Below, piece after piece: positions 49,701 through 62,061 of a stretch of 64,000 bases of DNA. How positions within the stretch are numbered: position 1 is the first letter of the stretch; every line of letters starts with the position of its first letter. The position numbers and the translations under genes were made by a program. The stretch covers positions 1 to 64,000 of the forward strand of contig DF237410.1 in NCBI GenBank assembly GCA_000708835.1, given 5' to 3'. The notes beneath the pieces are model-generated. The model was not told where the DNA came from, did no database searches, and saw only the letters and a program-made list of their open reading frames with translations. This DNA comes from Klebsormidium nitens (lineage: Eukaryota > Plantae > Klebsormidiophyceae).

Positions 49701-52192
49701 CCTGGGAGCCGACGTGGTAGTGCAGCAGCTGCAGGCAGTCCAGCATGCCCTCCTGCGGAACAGGCAGGCACGGACGTCGAGACGCGCTCAAGGACAGGCT
49801 CCCGAAACGATAGGGCGCCAAACGGCATCTGCTCCACCTTTTCAGATCTTCGAAGGATCATGTTCAAGGATCATAACCACCGAGACACAAAGTGCATGGA
49901 CCAAGCCTTCGGGAGCACGCTGGCTGGTCACGTCGCCCCTGCTGTTCCCACGCGGCACATGCGGCTTTAAAGTGGATCCGGGGCCATACCTCTCTCAGGG
50001 TGTACACCACCTTGACAATCTCGGGGATGGTCAGCCCAAACTTGCCCTTGTCCCCCGACGTCCCCCCCCAGTGGCCGTCATGCTTGGTACTCAGCTTGGC
50101 TCGCACGCCAATCACTGGCCGCACATCCAGCTTGCGGCTCACGTGGAGCAGCAGCGGGAGCTCGTCCACCTGCACCAAGGAACGGATACCGTTCGGTATG
50201 TCCACCTCCCGAATGCTGAAAGAGACGAGTTGTGCTACCCAGCTTGGACTGTAAGCAGTTACCTTCAACGCCTTTGAAGAAGGCGCCGACAGTTTTCAAC
50301 TCTCGATTTGTCAACGGGACCTTATTCCCTGTCTTCACATACACCAAAATACCAACATTCTTCCATTTCCTATCGACTTACCTTGCCAGCCAAGCAGATA
50401 TCGAGCAATACTTGAGCCTTTCGGACCTCTATGCAGAAGAATACAGTGAAGGGTGCTTCTGCGCATGACATGCAGGTGCAGAGTTGACAAATGTCTCACT
50501 TGCTCCAAGACGATCACAGCGTTCGTTCCCAGTTGCCTTGCCAGCAGGACACTTTCCATGTAGATTTCATCCTGTAGAGCAAGCTTGGTAATTGGTTTCA
50601 AAAATGGAGATTATCGGAATTTATTTTTGATGTTCTTTTTTCCACAGGAAGAACGAAAGTAGCTAGCGAACAAATCATGATTATTCTGGTCAAACGAGCA
50701 TCGCATTCTCTGGCCCTCTTCAACTCCTGCATGGATTTTGATGGCACTGACAGCTGGGAGAAACAACCAAGGAAACAAGTTGGGCATTCCAGGAAGTGCA
50801 GACTGGCAGGCCTTCGAGCGGAGCTGCACAGCTGAGAAACGAACAATTTGGAGCCGCAGAAGGGCCACGATGCTCAACAATGTGCAAGGACGAATACTGA
50901 CAAAACCGTGCTACTTATATCCCCAAATCGACTTTGTTTTGTCAGAATTGAACTGTTACAACAGAACGGGCAGGCCTTGCTTACCTTATAACCATTGCAA
51001 ACAAGAAGCGCATCATCGTTTTCTCTGAGGTTGGCGATTGCAATCAGTAGCTCTGGCTTCGAGCCAGCCTCCAAACCAAACCTGAAGTTCCTGCCATACT
51101 CGACGATGTCCTCTATGAGATATCGATCATGATTGCATTTGACAGGGAAGACGCCCTGGAAGTGGCCCTGCAAGGAGAAGCATACAGCTCAGAAAATGGC
51201 TGCAAGCGTCAAGCTCAAACAGACCATGCTGAAGATATTCTGGCTAGTTTCCCATGCTGCGTCCATATTACAAAGTAATGGAGAGGGGGACACTGATTTC
51301 ATCAGCTATTCAAAAAAAATTGTACTCAGCAAGGAAAGATGCTTGTCCAGGTACCTGATAGCCATATTTTCCGATGGCGGTGTCAAAGCACCCCTGCAGC
51401 TGGGCCATGCGATGCTGGACGATATCGGGGAAGCGAAGAATCATTGGCAGCTCCACGTTCCTCTTGCGCACAGCTTGGATCAGCTCCAGTAGATCCAGCT
51501 CATCCGATCCTGATCACACCAATGCACAGCTCCCTTCAGCTTTATGATTGAAAGGCAAGTCCTTGTTCGACAATACATCGTGCAGACTGCCTGAGCCAAC
51601 TGATTGAGACTTGTACGCAATCAGGCTTGAATGATGGTTGAAGCAGCGAACGGGCCAGCTCAAACGCATTTCTTCTACAGAATCCAACATGCTGACCAGC
51701 CGAGAGATTCTTACCATCTTCAGAGCCCTTAGGCCGGATTGCCACGTTCCCCCGTGCATTGATTGAAAAGTAAGGAGATCCCCATCCTTCGACTCGATAT
51801 AGATCAGCTGCATCCTGAGGGGTCCAGGCTGCCTCCCAGTCCTCGTCAAGATCTCCATCCTGATCCAGAATGGCAGCTGAAGGTAGCCGCTCTGGTGTAG
51901 CTACTCCATTGGATTCTGAAGATCTCGAAGCCACGCCTGAGTGAACCCTAATTCTCCAGCGTTGTTTTGAAATATGTTGCCTCTCCAGCCCTTTTCGTTC
52001 GCCCAAGCTTACCGCATACTTCTGAGCCCAGCTGCTCCCTGCTCTCGTCTTATCATGAAGGCGACGGACCTCTGGGAAAGCGCCAGCAATTGCAGAGCTG
52101 ACCTGTGACGAGGGCCTCAAGCAGCAGTGCTTGCGGGAGGCAAGTGCGCTCCCCAGATTGGTGCTGGTCACTTGAAAAGTGGTGCAGGCCAT
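46715..52192 (-). CDS. ADC: Arginine decarboxylase (plant/cyanobacterial SpeA type), 13 exons, with N-terminal transit-like extension
   Basis: Motifs [20 protein letters not shown] (PLP lysine), [72 protein letters not shown] and SYTYL. Confidence 0.97.
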
Positions 52193-52726
52193 ACCTGATC
52201 AAGTAGCACAACTAGATATTACATATGTAAAGCAAATTGGTTGTTTGCGGTATGAATTTCCGGGACGCAGGACGCATGAATCCTAACAACAACGTTTCAC
52301 TTCCTTGGTTCCATCATCGTCTTGATAGGGGCTAGCGAGGCTCAGAGCCAATTGCAGGAGCTCTTCAGCAATCCTTGTCTACGAAGACCCCCAGCAGGTG
52401 GGATTCAGCATTTGCGTCGATTTCTCCTCAGGTCATGGTGTGTCAGCTCAGCTGGCAGAAAGGAAGAAAGGTGCACAAGTGGGATCCATCAACGATATGA
52501 TCCCTCCTACAAAGTTGCCTGATACATATGGGTATTTAACTATTATGCAATCAAGACCGTCAGAGTCAAGTGGCTGCGGCTGCCGCAGCCATTGGCATCA
52601 TGGCGCCCATCCGCCCGTTTTCCCGCTGCCTGGTGCCAACAACCATGCAGGATGCACTGCTGCCGAAAATGGTGGGGCAACCCACAAACTTCAATGACAA
52701 AGTGTTCAAAAAATGTGGGTTTAAAA

Positions 52727-52763
52727 TTAGGGTTTCTATGGGCTAAGCTCGTCCTTTAGGGTT
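52727..52763. promoter_or_regulatory. Two telo-box-like motifs in the ADC/PhyH divergent intergenic region
   Basis: TTAGGGTTT at 52727-52735 (reverse complement AAACCCTAA) and TTTAGGGTT at 52755-52763. A regulatory role is only inferred from land-plant telo-boxes. Confidence 0.35.
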
Positions 52764-52925
52764 CCAGTCATGCTCCTATTGGAGTTTGTGTTCTCAGAAG
52801 CAGAGCAGAGGTACAACTACTACAAGGCGCCACCGAGGGCCTTCTCACTGTGTGGCCCTTTATTCTCTCCTCACAGAAAGCAGCTACCATCCTGCGCCAC
52901 TCCAATATTTTGGCGCTTCATCACA

Positions 52926-55890
52926 ATGAGCACCACTTGGAACGCAGGTTGCAAGAGAACTTTCAGTTCCAGCATCTACTCTGACAAGTTTCATATATGG
53001 AATGAGAACGTTGTTAAGGTGAACTACAATGGATGTCACGATCCACATCGTAGTAGATGCAAAAAGCCTGACACTAAGTGTTTTGTAAGCAGTAGCGGTC
53101 AGTTGCCTGGCGCGAGACTGTCCTTGGAGAGTGGTGGCAATCAGCTGCACCCTGGAAACGCCCATTGGTGTTGCAATCCGCTGCAACTCAAAAGAGAGAG
53201 CCACTTGTGGCCGCGCAAGTGGGGTGTGAATGCAGCAGCCAGGAACAGTGTCGCGATTGAAGAGGCGGACGAGGATGTTACGGAGGAGGAAGAGAGCTTC
53301 CACAGACATACCACCAGAGACGATGCATACTGGAATAGTATAATGCAGGCCATCACTGAGGATGCATCTCCACGGTCTGAACATAAAGATTCAAAGCGGT
53401 TAGTGAATAGGGACAAGGGGGAGCAGATTGGAACAGTAAATAACGTTGAGAAGCAGAGCCCGGGGAAGTTGCAAAAAAACATTAAGCACGTGGTCAAAAA
53501 TGAAGCGGAAGGAGAAGCTTCAAAGCAACTGGATGGCAGATGGAAAGAAGCAGTTGATACTGAAGTGAAGGTGTCTCTGAAACAACTTTTGCAATTCGAA
53601 AGAACAGGTGAGAATGCCCTGATCTTTTGTCTGTAAGAGCTAGTTTGGTTATCATCTGGTCCCCCTGATAAGCATCCCACAAACTTCTCTGATGCTGCCA
53701 CTCCAGCAGAGTGACCCCGCCTCTGAGCACACCACTCCAGTTCAGTGTTGCCTGTTCTTTCAGGGCACGTCTTGGTGCGCCAGCTTGTGCCAGAAGAGGC
53801 GATGGAGGAGTGTGCGGAAGAGATCTGGGCTGCTGCAAGGGAGCAAGAGCTTGAAGCGTACCGACACCGGGTAAGGACTACTTTCATTCAACGTGCTGGT
53901 GGTGGCCACACTACATGGGGAAGCATAGGGGGGTTGCAGAGGCATGACAATACTTGTTTCTTGAATCCTGCCCTCATTCAACTTGCGTTCCGCAGGTTGC
54001 TGTCTTGTGCCCCGGGGTGGACGCTAGTTCGGTGTCCAACATCGAGCAGGCGCTGGCCGTGTTGGCCGAGCATGCTACCGACGAGCTGGGCTTCCTCCAG
54101 ATGTTCAACCTGCACCGCTACAGCCGCACAGTCCGGGAACTGGTCACTTCCCCTCGGCTGGCCAGGGTGGCTGCGGATCTCTTGGGCGCCTCGAAAGTGC
54201 GACTGTATCAGGTGAACGTCCGAGTTTGCAACATCGTTCCTGATAAAGATTGCCTGTTGTTGCATTCCAACCCCTCTTGATGCAAAGAGATCAAGGCCGG
54301 CTTCTCAAGAGAGTGCTGACTTTCCTTGACTTTGAATGACCGTCCCTGGGCAACAATGTTGAGACTGTGTTGCATCGAGTGTGACTCTTCTTAGAGAGGA
54401 ACTTGATGTCACTTATGTGGTCACCTTATTCACAGTACAACTTGCGGCTGCAGGACTGTCTCTTTTTGAAGCAGCCGGGATTCGGGGCGACCAACTGGCA
54501 CTCTGATTTGAATATGGTAAGCCTCGAAGGATGGGCATTGCTTCTTTTGTGGTCCTGGCCTGTTCGACTCTGTCGGACAAGTCCGGTCCATGCACCAGGT
54601 CTTTCACCACTTAGGTTCACTCGAGAAACGTGGCGGAGAATGTGGACCTCTGAGTACACCACGCTCGAAAAGTTCTTGGAGCAAGTGGCCCCCTCCTGGA
54701 CGTTGAGCAGCCAGCAGACTCGCACAAGGGTCGTTGTAAGAAATGACCAACGCACCGTGGGGAGTTGGCATGGCTCCACATTGGTTCTTCGCAGGAAAAA
54801 CGACCCTAGTGCGAGATTGCGGCTGCATTGCGGCCAACCCAGAGACCCAAGCTGTCAACCGCATGCGTTTACTCATCCCGCACCGGGTGACGGGACTTGC
54901 TGCTTAGACTGGATTTGGCGGCAACAAGCGGGCCTGCAGCTGTTGCAGTCGGTGGACGGAGGAGTGATTGAGTCGGTCCTCGTTTGGCAGGTTCCCCTGG
55001 ACACGAACGCGTTTGTAACGTTGTGGATCCCGCTGCGCGCCATGGATGAAGACGACTCCGGCCTGCTGTTCGCTTCCGGTGAGTCGCGCTCATTGATCGC
55101 AAGGCACCGGCACCGCGGATGCACCTGCCTGGCAGGTCCAAATGCCTGCTTCGGTTGATATGGGAAGAGGTGCCAAGGTTGTATCTCCACCGTGGGGCCT
55201 TCAATGCGAGGGCCCTTGTGCTTTCATAGTGACAAACTCTGCATTACCTGCTTATGGAGCCTGCGATTGTCAACAGTTCCTTGGGTTGTGCGGTTGCAGG
55301 TTCCCACCGCGACTTTTCGCTGGCCTACTGGCAGGACCTGGAGGGAATGGAGGACCTGGAGCGGCGCGAATATTTGCTGGAGGACCACGGCGCTCTTGAC
55401 CTGGGGGATGCCACGTGTCACCACGGCTGGTGCTTGCACTACGCCTCGCCGCAGCCCGAGGACTCGGACGCACGGGCAGCCCTCAGCATAAGCTACTTTG
55501 CGGACGGGGCGAGGGTGCTGGACACACGGCATGCGAGGTGAGGCAGGAGACGGGTCAATATCGCTGGAGGCTGCTTCGGACTGGTCTGAAAGAATGTCTT
55601 CCTGGCAGGTCATGTTCCAACTCCCGTGGCCTTGGTGCTTTGAAGGCAACTTTACGATCGTTTGCGCCATGCTTATTGCGTCGACATGTGCACAACTGTA
55701 ATTGTCATCTCAAGCTTGAGCGGCTACATACAGGCGAAAACCTCACGACGAAGACGCATGGAGCTTTCGAGGATGGAGACAAGCACTGCGAGAAGGCGAC
55801 CTGGCAAACCACCCCTTGTTACCTCTCGTCTATCCAGCTGCGTTGAATGATCGAAAAGACGTCACGAAGCGTAAAAAGACGAGACGATAA
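52926..55890 (+). CDS. Phytanoyl-CoA dioxygenase (PhyH)-family Fe(II)/2-oxoglutarate dioxygenase, 7 exons
   Basis: Motifs QFERTGHVLVR, VAADLLGASKVRLYQDCLFLKQPG, NWHSD (HxD), VTLWIPL, SGSHR, GDATCHHGWCLH (distal His) and RAALSISYFADG, ending NHPLLPLVYP. It has an N-terminal extension of about 220 aa. Confidence 0.9.
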
Positions 55891-57189
55891 CCTCGTCGGA
55901 GTTGCCATTTAGCTGCCAACTTTCCATTTGCCTGCCTCCCTCTTGCCAGTTGTTGGAGAATGCAAATCGGTCGATCTTGCAAGATAAGTAATCGAGCATA
56001 CTGAGCAGCCATACAGCTTGGACGTGTGCTTCTCGCCCAGTGAACCTGATTGCCCCTAGTCGTCAAGCTGCACACAGGAGCTGCAAGCAATGTCAAGTCG
56101 AGGGCCGGGGCGCAAGGAGACTTAATTGTATGCTATGCTACACAGACTTAAGTTGGTGAATCATGTTTCATTATAATATGTGACTCGTACGTGCTATTGT
56201 CGCAAACGTCTCCAGAAATGTGAGCTCGTGACTACCGCTTGGAAGCATTGATTGATTACTATCACATGTCAGAATTGAATCAAGCCAGGTTTTAGAAATT
56301 GAAGCATGGTACTTGCCCATTATAGTCGCATGCAGTGCAACTCGCCTCACATATGTATGTTCTCGAGCTCTCTGGTGGCATGCAACGAGCTCTAGATTTG
56401 CGCGTGGCTCAGTCAGCGATGCAGTGTGATGCACGCGGAGTCGGTGCATGATAATTTAGCAGTATTCAAGCCGCGCCATATGATAACGAACATTCAAAAC
56501 AGTTCCGTACGTGGAATGCTTCATGCACCGTAGAAAGTAACGCGGACATGCATGCAGATGCAACGCTTTAGCTCCATCAAGGAGGAAGCTTTGATCGAAA
56601 GCCCGCTCGATCATCGGATTGCAAAAGGCAACGGCTTTCGTTATATAGTCTTGCATTACTGGAATGCCGAGCCTCGTCTCGAGCTTTTATAGGAAATCTG
56701 GCCGGCCGGATGCGCGGTGCGGTACATGTGCAGCAATCCTGCCTTAAATAGCATGCGATGCCCTTTCATAAATCAAGACGTGTGCCTTAACGCAAGCTGG
56801 TCAAGACGGAACATCGATCAGTGTACGTCCAACCCAAACTTCAAACTGACGTCTAAACCCAGAAGTGACACCCAAAGCCACTATCTGTATACCGCGTGTA
56901 TTGCATGATCTAAGCAACACAAATACTTCTCAAGACACACGGCTGCTCAAACCATGGCCATGATAGTGCTCGTTGCCGGCCAGACGGTGAGTTTTAAGGC
57001 CTACCCGTGTCGAGGACACTGAGTTTCAAAGCCGCATGCATGAAAGGGAGATGCAAGGCCGTGCACGATCGCCCGCATGTCATCAAGTCTTTACCTGAAG
57101 AAGAGGGCTTCTGGGATGACTCGAACCTCTACTCAACAACACAAATTGCAAATCCCGATCACTGGCGCCCTTCCGCAAAAGTGACTTGC

Positions 57190-60100
57190 TCAGTCCTCGT
57201 CGCCCGGTGCAGCCTCGGTTCGCGCGCGCTTACGCGTCTTGATGGTTGACGTCGCCTCCTTCGTCAGGCACTTGGCAAAGCTCTTGGTGAGCTCCTCCCG
57301 GTCAAGATTGCGCCCGATGAAGCAGAGCCGGTTCACCCGCTTCTCGCCCGGCTGCCAGGCCTTCCCGACCCCGTCGTCCGAGGACGTTATCCGCATCAGC
57401 ATGTGCACGCCTGAGGAAAGGTTTCGACGCCATTGAGGTCACGTCTATCTCGCAGGCAGAGTTTCTCAGTGAGAGCCCTGACGACCGGCGGCTCAAAACG
57501 ATAGGACCTTAACATTGCCATCTGACCGCAAGTGTTTTGGCCAAGAGAACCAGGGCCCACTAGGGCCCACTTTAGCGGAAAGCATCAAGCAGTACTCGGT
57601 CCACCAGTGCAGCGAGTGGAACGAATGCCAAAGAGCCAAAAAACCGCAGCCACGAAGAAAACTCCTCTTGGTCAGAAGGTGTACCTTGAAAGACGTATTT
57701 CTCGTCACTTCCCGCCACCGACAGCACCCCCTTGGATCGGAAGATGTCCTGGCCGCGCTCATTCAAAAGGTTGCTTAGCCACCTGATAGGCACCAAAGAA
57801 AACCACATTACCGTTCACTTTAGTAAATCGATAACCGCCACGCCGTCTATTGTTTAGCACGCCTCAGACTGAGGCTTTGGACGGTGCCCTGCAGTCAAGA
57901 CCGTGGCAGCTAAGGCAGAATGAGATGCCAAGAGCCATCACAGACGTAAAAGGACAAGCTCGATAGAGGCCTTTCGGATCTGCAAGCTCTGTGAAAGAAG
58001 TGAGTCTCGTGATATCCAAGGCGGTCATGAGCAACCCATGCGGGGTTTCAGAGTTGAGTACACATGCAGTGCTAGGGCTGCTACTCACTTCTCGAGCTTC
58101 TTCACGTGCACGTTCCCCTCTTCCCGGATGCCCACGCTGGATACGCTGAGGTCATGCATGTGCTCAGCATCGACCTTCAGGAAGTCGGGGTCCATGTCCA
58201 TGACGCGGGCCAGGTCGAACGCCTGCACGACACGTGGCACTGATCCCGGCGTCCTCAACCGCCTTGTCTAGTCCAGACACATCCGAGAGAGTCTCTTGAA
58301 CGCGATCACCAAACAATAGTTGCTGAACCTGAATCCGAGCTAACCCGTGAAATTGTAGCCTCTAGTTGATCATTAGCTAGCAACCTCAGGCATTCCCACA
58401 GCGTGCAGGCCGCAATCAGCTTAAAGTAGGAGCGAAGCAGATTGGTTGAGATCGAAGAGGTCTCAAGCTGTTCAGGTACCCACCTTCAAGTTCATAATCT
58501 CCTTCAGAGGTACGCGCGAATTTTGGCACTCGACGATGTCACAGAACTGCAAGTCAAATCAAGGGTTGCGCCTTTCAGGAAACATCTGCACGCTGAATGC
58601 AAGGCAGCCTTCCAAAAAACCTACAGGACATTTGCGTACTACAGGAGGTCATTCTTTGGGTGTTTCTTTGGGAGGTTCTTAGGACAAGACGTCTGTTCAG
58701 CCAATTGCTTCTGGGCCGCGTAACGGGCTTCGAAATAACCAGGAAAGAAGCAAGCCGACGAGAACCCCCAACCAGAGTTGCACGATTCAAAGCAAAACGA
58801 GCGTGTCCCATTTCACTGTCCACAAAGAGAGTTCGCCACCACCCCCCCTGCCAATTGAAAGACTCGTCTGCTTTACCGAGCAAGAGGAGTCATCGTGGGA
58901 ACAATTACCCAGGGCACCGAGACAAAGGCGTCTGCAAGACACAGGGGTCGGCTGCTTGATGGGCACGCTTAAATTGTGACCCAACTAGAGCGCGTCTTTC
59001 GAACCGCTCTCTCACCTTGTTGATGGCACGGATGCTGTTCTTCACGTGCACCTTCTCCTCAGAGGTAACGAGGTCAACCTGAGCCAACGACCGAAGGATG
59101 CTCAGTGCTTGTTGTCGAAATTTCTATTTGGAATGTTCGTTCAAAGAAGAAACTTCAGTGAAGCAAGCTCCGAAAGGCACCACGACAGGCAGAAGCAGTT
59201 TGTGACGCGAGATGGCCAGCGTCAGTATGTATGGACATTCATTTCGGTGGACTTTCCTCGGCTTGAAAGACTGCCCATCTCAACTGCGACGTACTATCCC
59301 CAAAAGCGTACCTTGTTGAGCAGGATCTTGTCAGCGAACGCAACCCGCTCCACTGCAAAATGACATACAAGGAGTGGGTTGGATTGTCGTTGAGCTTTTC
59401 AAAGATTGAGAACTTGAGGCACGTATTACACGGATCCTGTGAGATTTTGTTTGACGGTCAACACCCTACACCAGCTGCCAAGCTCTAATCGAACTTAGAC
59501 CTCCAAAGGAGGGCATATCATGAAAAGGGCAGCAATAGAGTCACCTCAGTGCCCCACTGGAGCTGACGGCCCATCATATCATCCAGAACGATTTGACGGG
59601 TCTGAGAGCGTTCGCTCTCTTACCGGCCTCGTTCTCCACCCCGTCCGGCTTCTTTTCCTTGAGGTGCTGCTCGATGTGATACGCGTCGACAACCGTGAGG
59701 ATGCAGTCGATTGTGAAGCGGTTCTTGATGTCGGGGTCCAGCATGAAGGTCTGCAGGAGAACGCCAGAAAGTGTTGCTTGTCAATGCCGGGATTCCGCAT
59801 GCGGACCATGGACGAGGGGCTACGACCACTTTTGTTGGGGAGTCGACCTGCTCGACCCGTGACTTTGAATCTATGTACTACATTTTCAGATGCAAGAGAG
59901 AGCACTTGATGAGTGATATGTTGCTGACGGCTAACCCAAGGTTTTAAGAAACGTCCTGGTCGTCCACATCGTGAAGTCAAAGCGTCCTTTCAATCGGACG
60001 GGTTTCTTTGCAGTGATGGTGAAAAGTGGAGGCCCACATCAAAATCCCTCTTGTGAGGCTTGTCGTGGGCCTCATTTACGTTTCATTTGGACGTTTCATT

Positions 60101-62061
60101 TGGAAGCGGTTGCTGCCGGACAACTTTAAGACCTAGCATTTTAGCGCAGGGGAGTGAGTGCATATGACGCTTGCGACCACAAAAAAGTGTGAGCGGTAAC
60201 CCCATTGCTTTCTGAAGAGTTGGTGTCTTGAAAGCGTACCTGGGCAACAGGGGCAGGGTCACAGAGCCCAGTCGTCTGCAAGTGGACACGAGTTTAAAAG
60301 ATCTTTCAAGAGATAATAGCGAGTTTTTGTGCAGCAGTCAATCCTGTGAGATGCGTAACACTTCAAAGCAACACATTCCGTCTGCTTCATCAAACAAGGA
60401 CACAACTGCGAGGAACAAGGCTAGATGGGCACCTGTCCTAGATTTACCGTAGAGCCAAATGTTATCATCCGTTTGGGTGGATCTACAGCTGGACCGAGAA
60501 TTTGCCCGACCTACGACTGAAGAAGCAGAGGAAGTTCACCTCTATGAGGATCGCGTCGAATTGGTTGCGACGTGCCGCCAGCTTGATCAGTATCCGGATA
60601 AGGTCTCCCCGCACGGTGCAGCAGATGCAGCCGTTGTTCATCTCGAAGATCTCTGCAGAAGGATTCGCAGTTTGGGGAAAGACACAAGTCGCCTTGCACC
60701 TGTCTCAGCATTCCGATTCTTCCTGATTAAACACTTAAACGACTAGCTTCCATTAGTCAGCCACGTCTGTGCAGGAGGGGAAGTACCAATCCATGCACAG
60801 TTTCTCAGGGCTAGGATGAGATTCTTTCAAGCACCACCTTCCTTATGTCTTATCAAAATAGGGCCTCCGAGGACTCTGATCAGGACGGGCAAGCAAAAAG
60901 CAAGAAACCAGTCTGCTCTTCGAGCGAGCCCAGTTAGAGTCCTCGCAGCAAGTGACAAGCTGTCTTCACTCACCTTCCTCAGTGTCAATAACAAGAGCGT
61001 CATCGACACCCACTTCGCCAAACCTGCAGACAATAGTGCAATTTTAGGGCCAAAAGGTTGGATAGTATGCGAGCCCCTATCTAGCACGACCTTTTCTGTC
61101 GCTTCAACACGGATTGAACTGTGCGAGCTAGGAGGGAAGATTGGAAACAGCCGTTAGATATAAACAGCAGCAGTGCAACAAGTCCCCTTGATGTTCTGAA
61201 TAATACGCTTACGAGGCAAGGCTGTGACCAGGGGCGTCTCTTTTCTGGTGCTTTCAGAGTCTTTGCCACAAAGTCTAGAAAGGTGGCATCGGGGCAGCTT
61301 GCAGAACATAGGGAAGGGAGGGAAGGCACTACGAACTACATCCATCTCTTAAGGGTGCCTAAGTACCACATCGAATATATCTTGGCGGGCGGTTCAGCAA
61401 AAATGGACGTATGACTTTGCTTTGGCCATGGAATCAGGGGCCTGTTGATCTGGATTCAGAACTCTGACACGTCTGGTTGCCTGGTTTGCTTTGACGCTAG
61501 TAGACACAAAGGTTCTATAAACCCACTCGTTCTCGATGATGGCGATCTTCATGCCATGGTTCTCCTTCAAAACTGCAAGGGACAGGAGATCAAGCATCAT
61601 TGCGGTGCTAACTGCTTCTGAGAGGGCTTCGGATCTGAAGCCCTGCATCTCTTCTTTCTAGTGAATGTTATGGTAAGAGGAACAGTGTCAACCCAGAAGC
61701 TTCAAAACCCTGAGGACTAGGACTAGTAATCAACTGCTCACTACATCAAGCTGGTGGAGACTCCTCAAGTTGACGGTAGGAGAGGTGGCCGTCTATCAGC
61801 CTGACACAATAAGTAGTGAATGCCAAGCAACGGCTGAAAGCAAGGCTGTCAAAGACTTGGTCAGGTATCAGGCCCACAACTACCTGCAGCATAACCTTGT
61901 ACTCAGCTTACTGGCACTACTGGCCTTGACGAGCACATTCTCAACTTACTGTGGTTGACAAGTGTTGTTTTGCCTGCGCCCAGGAACCCAGTCACCACAG
62001 TCACGGGGATCTTCTTTGCCGCAGCTCTCTCGGGCTGATCAGGTGCCATACAGGCCGTCAT
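57190..62061 (-). CDS. CobW/COG0523 (ZNG1-like) G3E P-loop GTPase metallochaperone, about 12 coding exons
   Basis: Motifs VTVVTGFLGAGKTTLVN, IAIIENEFGEVGVD, NGCICCTVRGDL (CxCC), IETTGLCDP, FADKILLNKVD and a CobW_C domain (IFRSKGVL...FQGVH...CFIGRNLD). The start ATG at 62061 is tentative. Confidence 0.92.
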
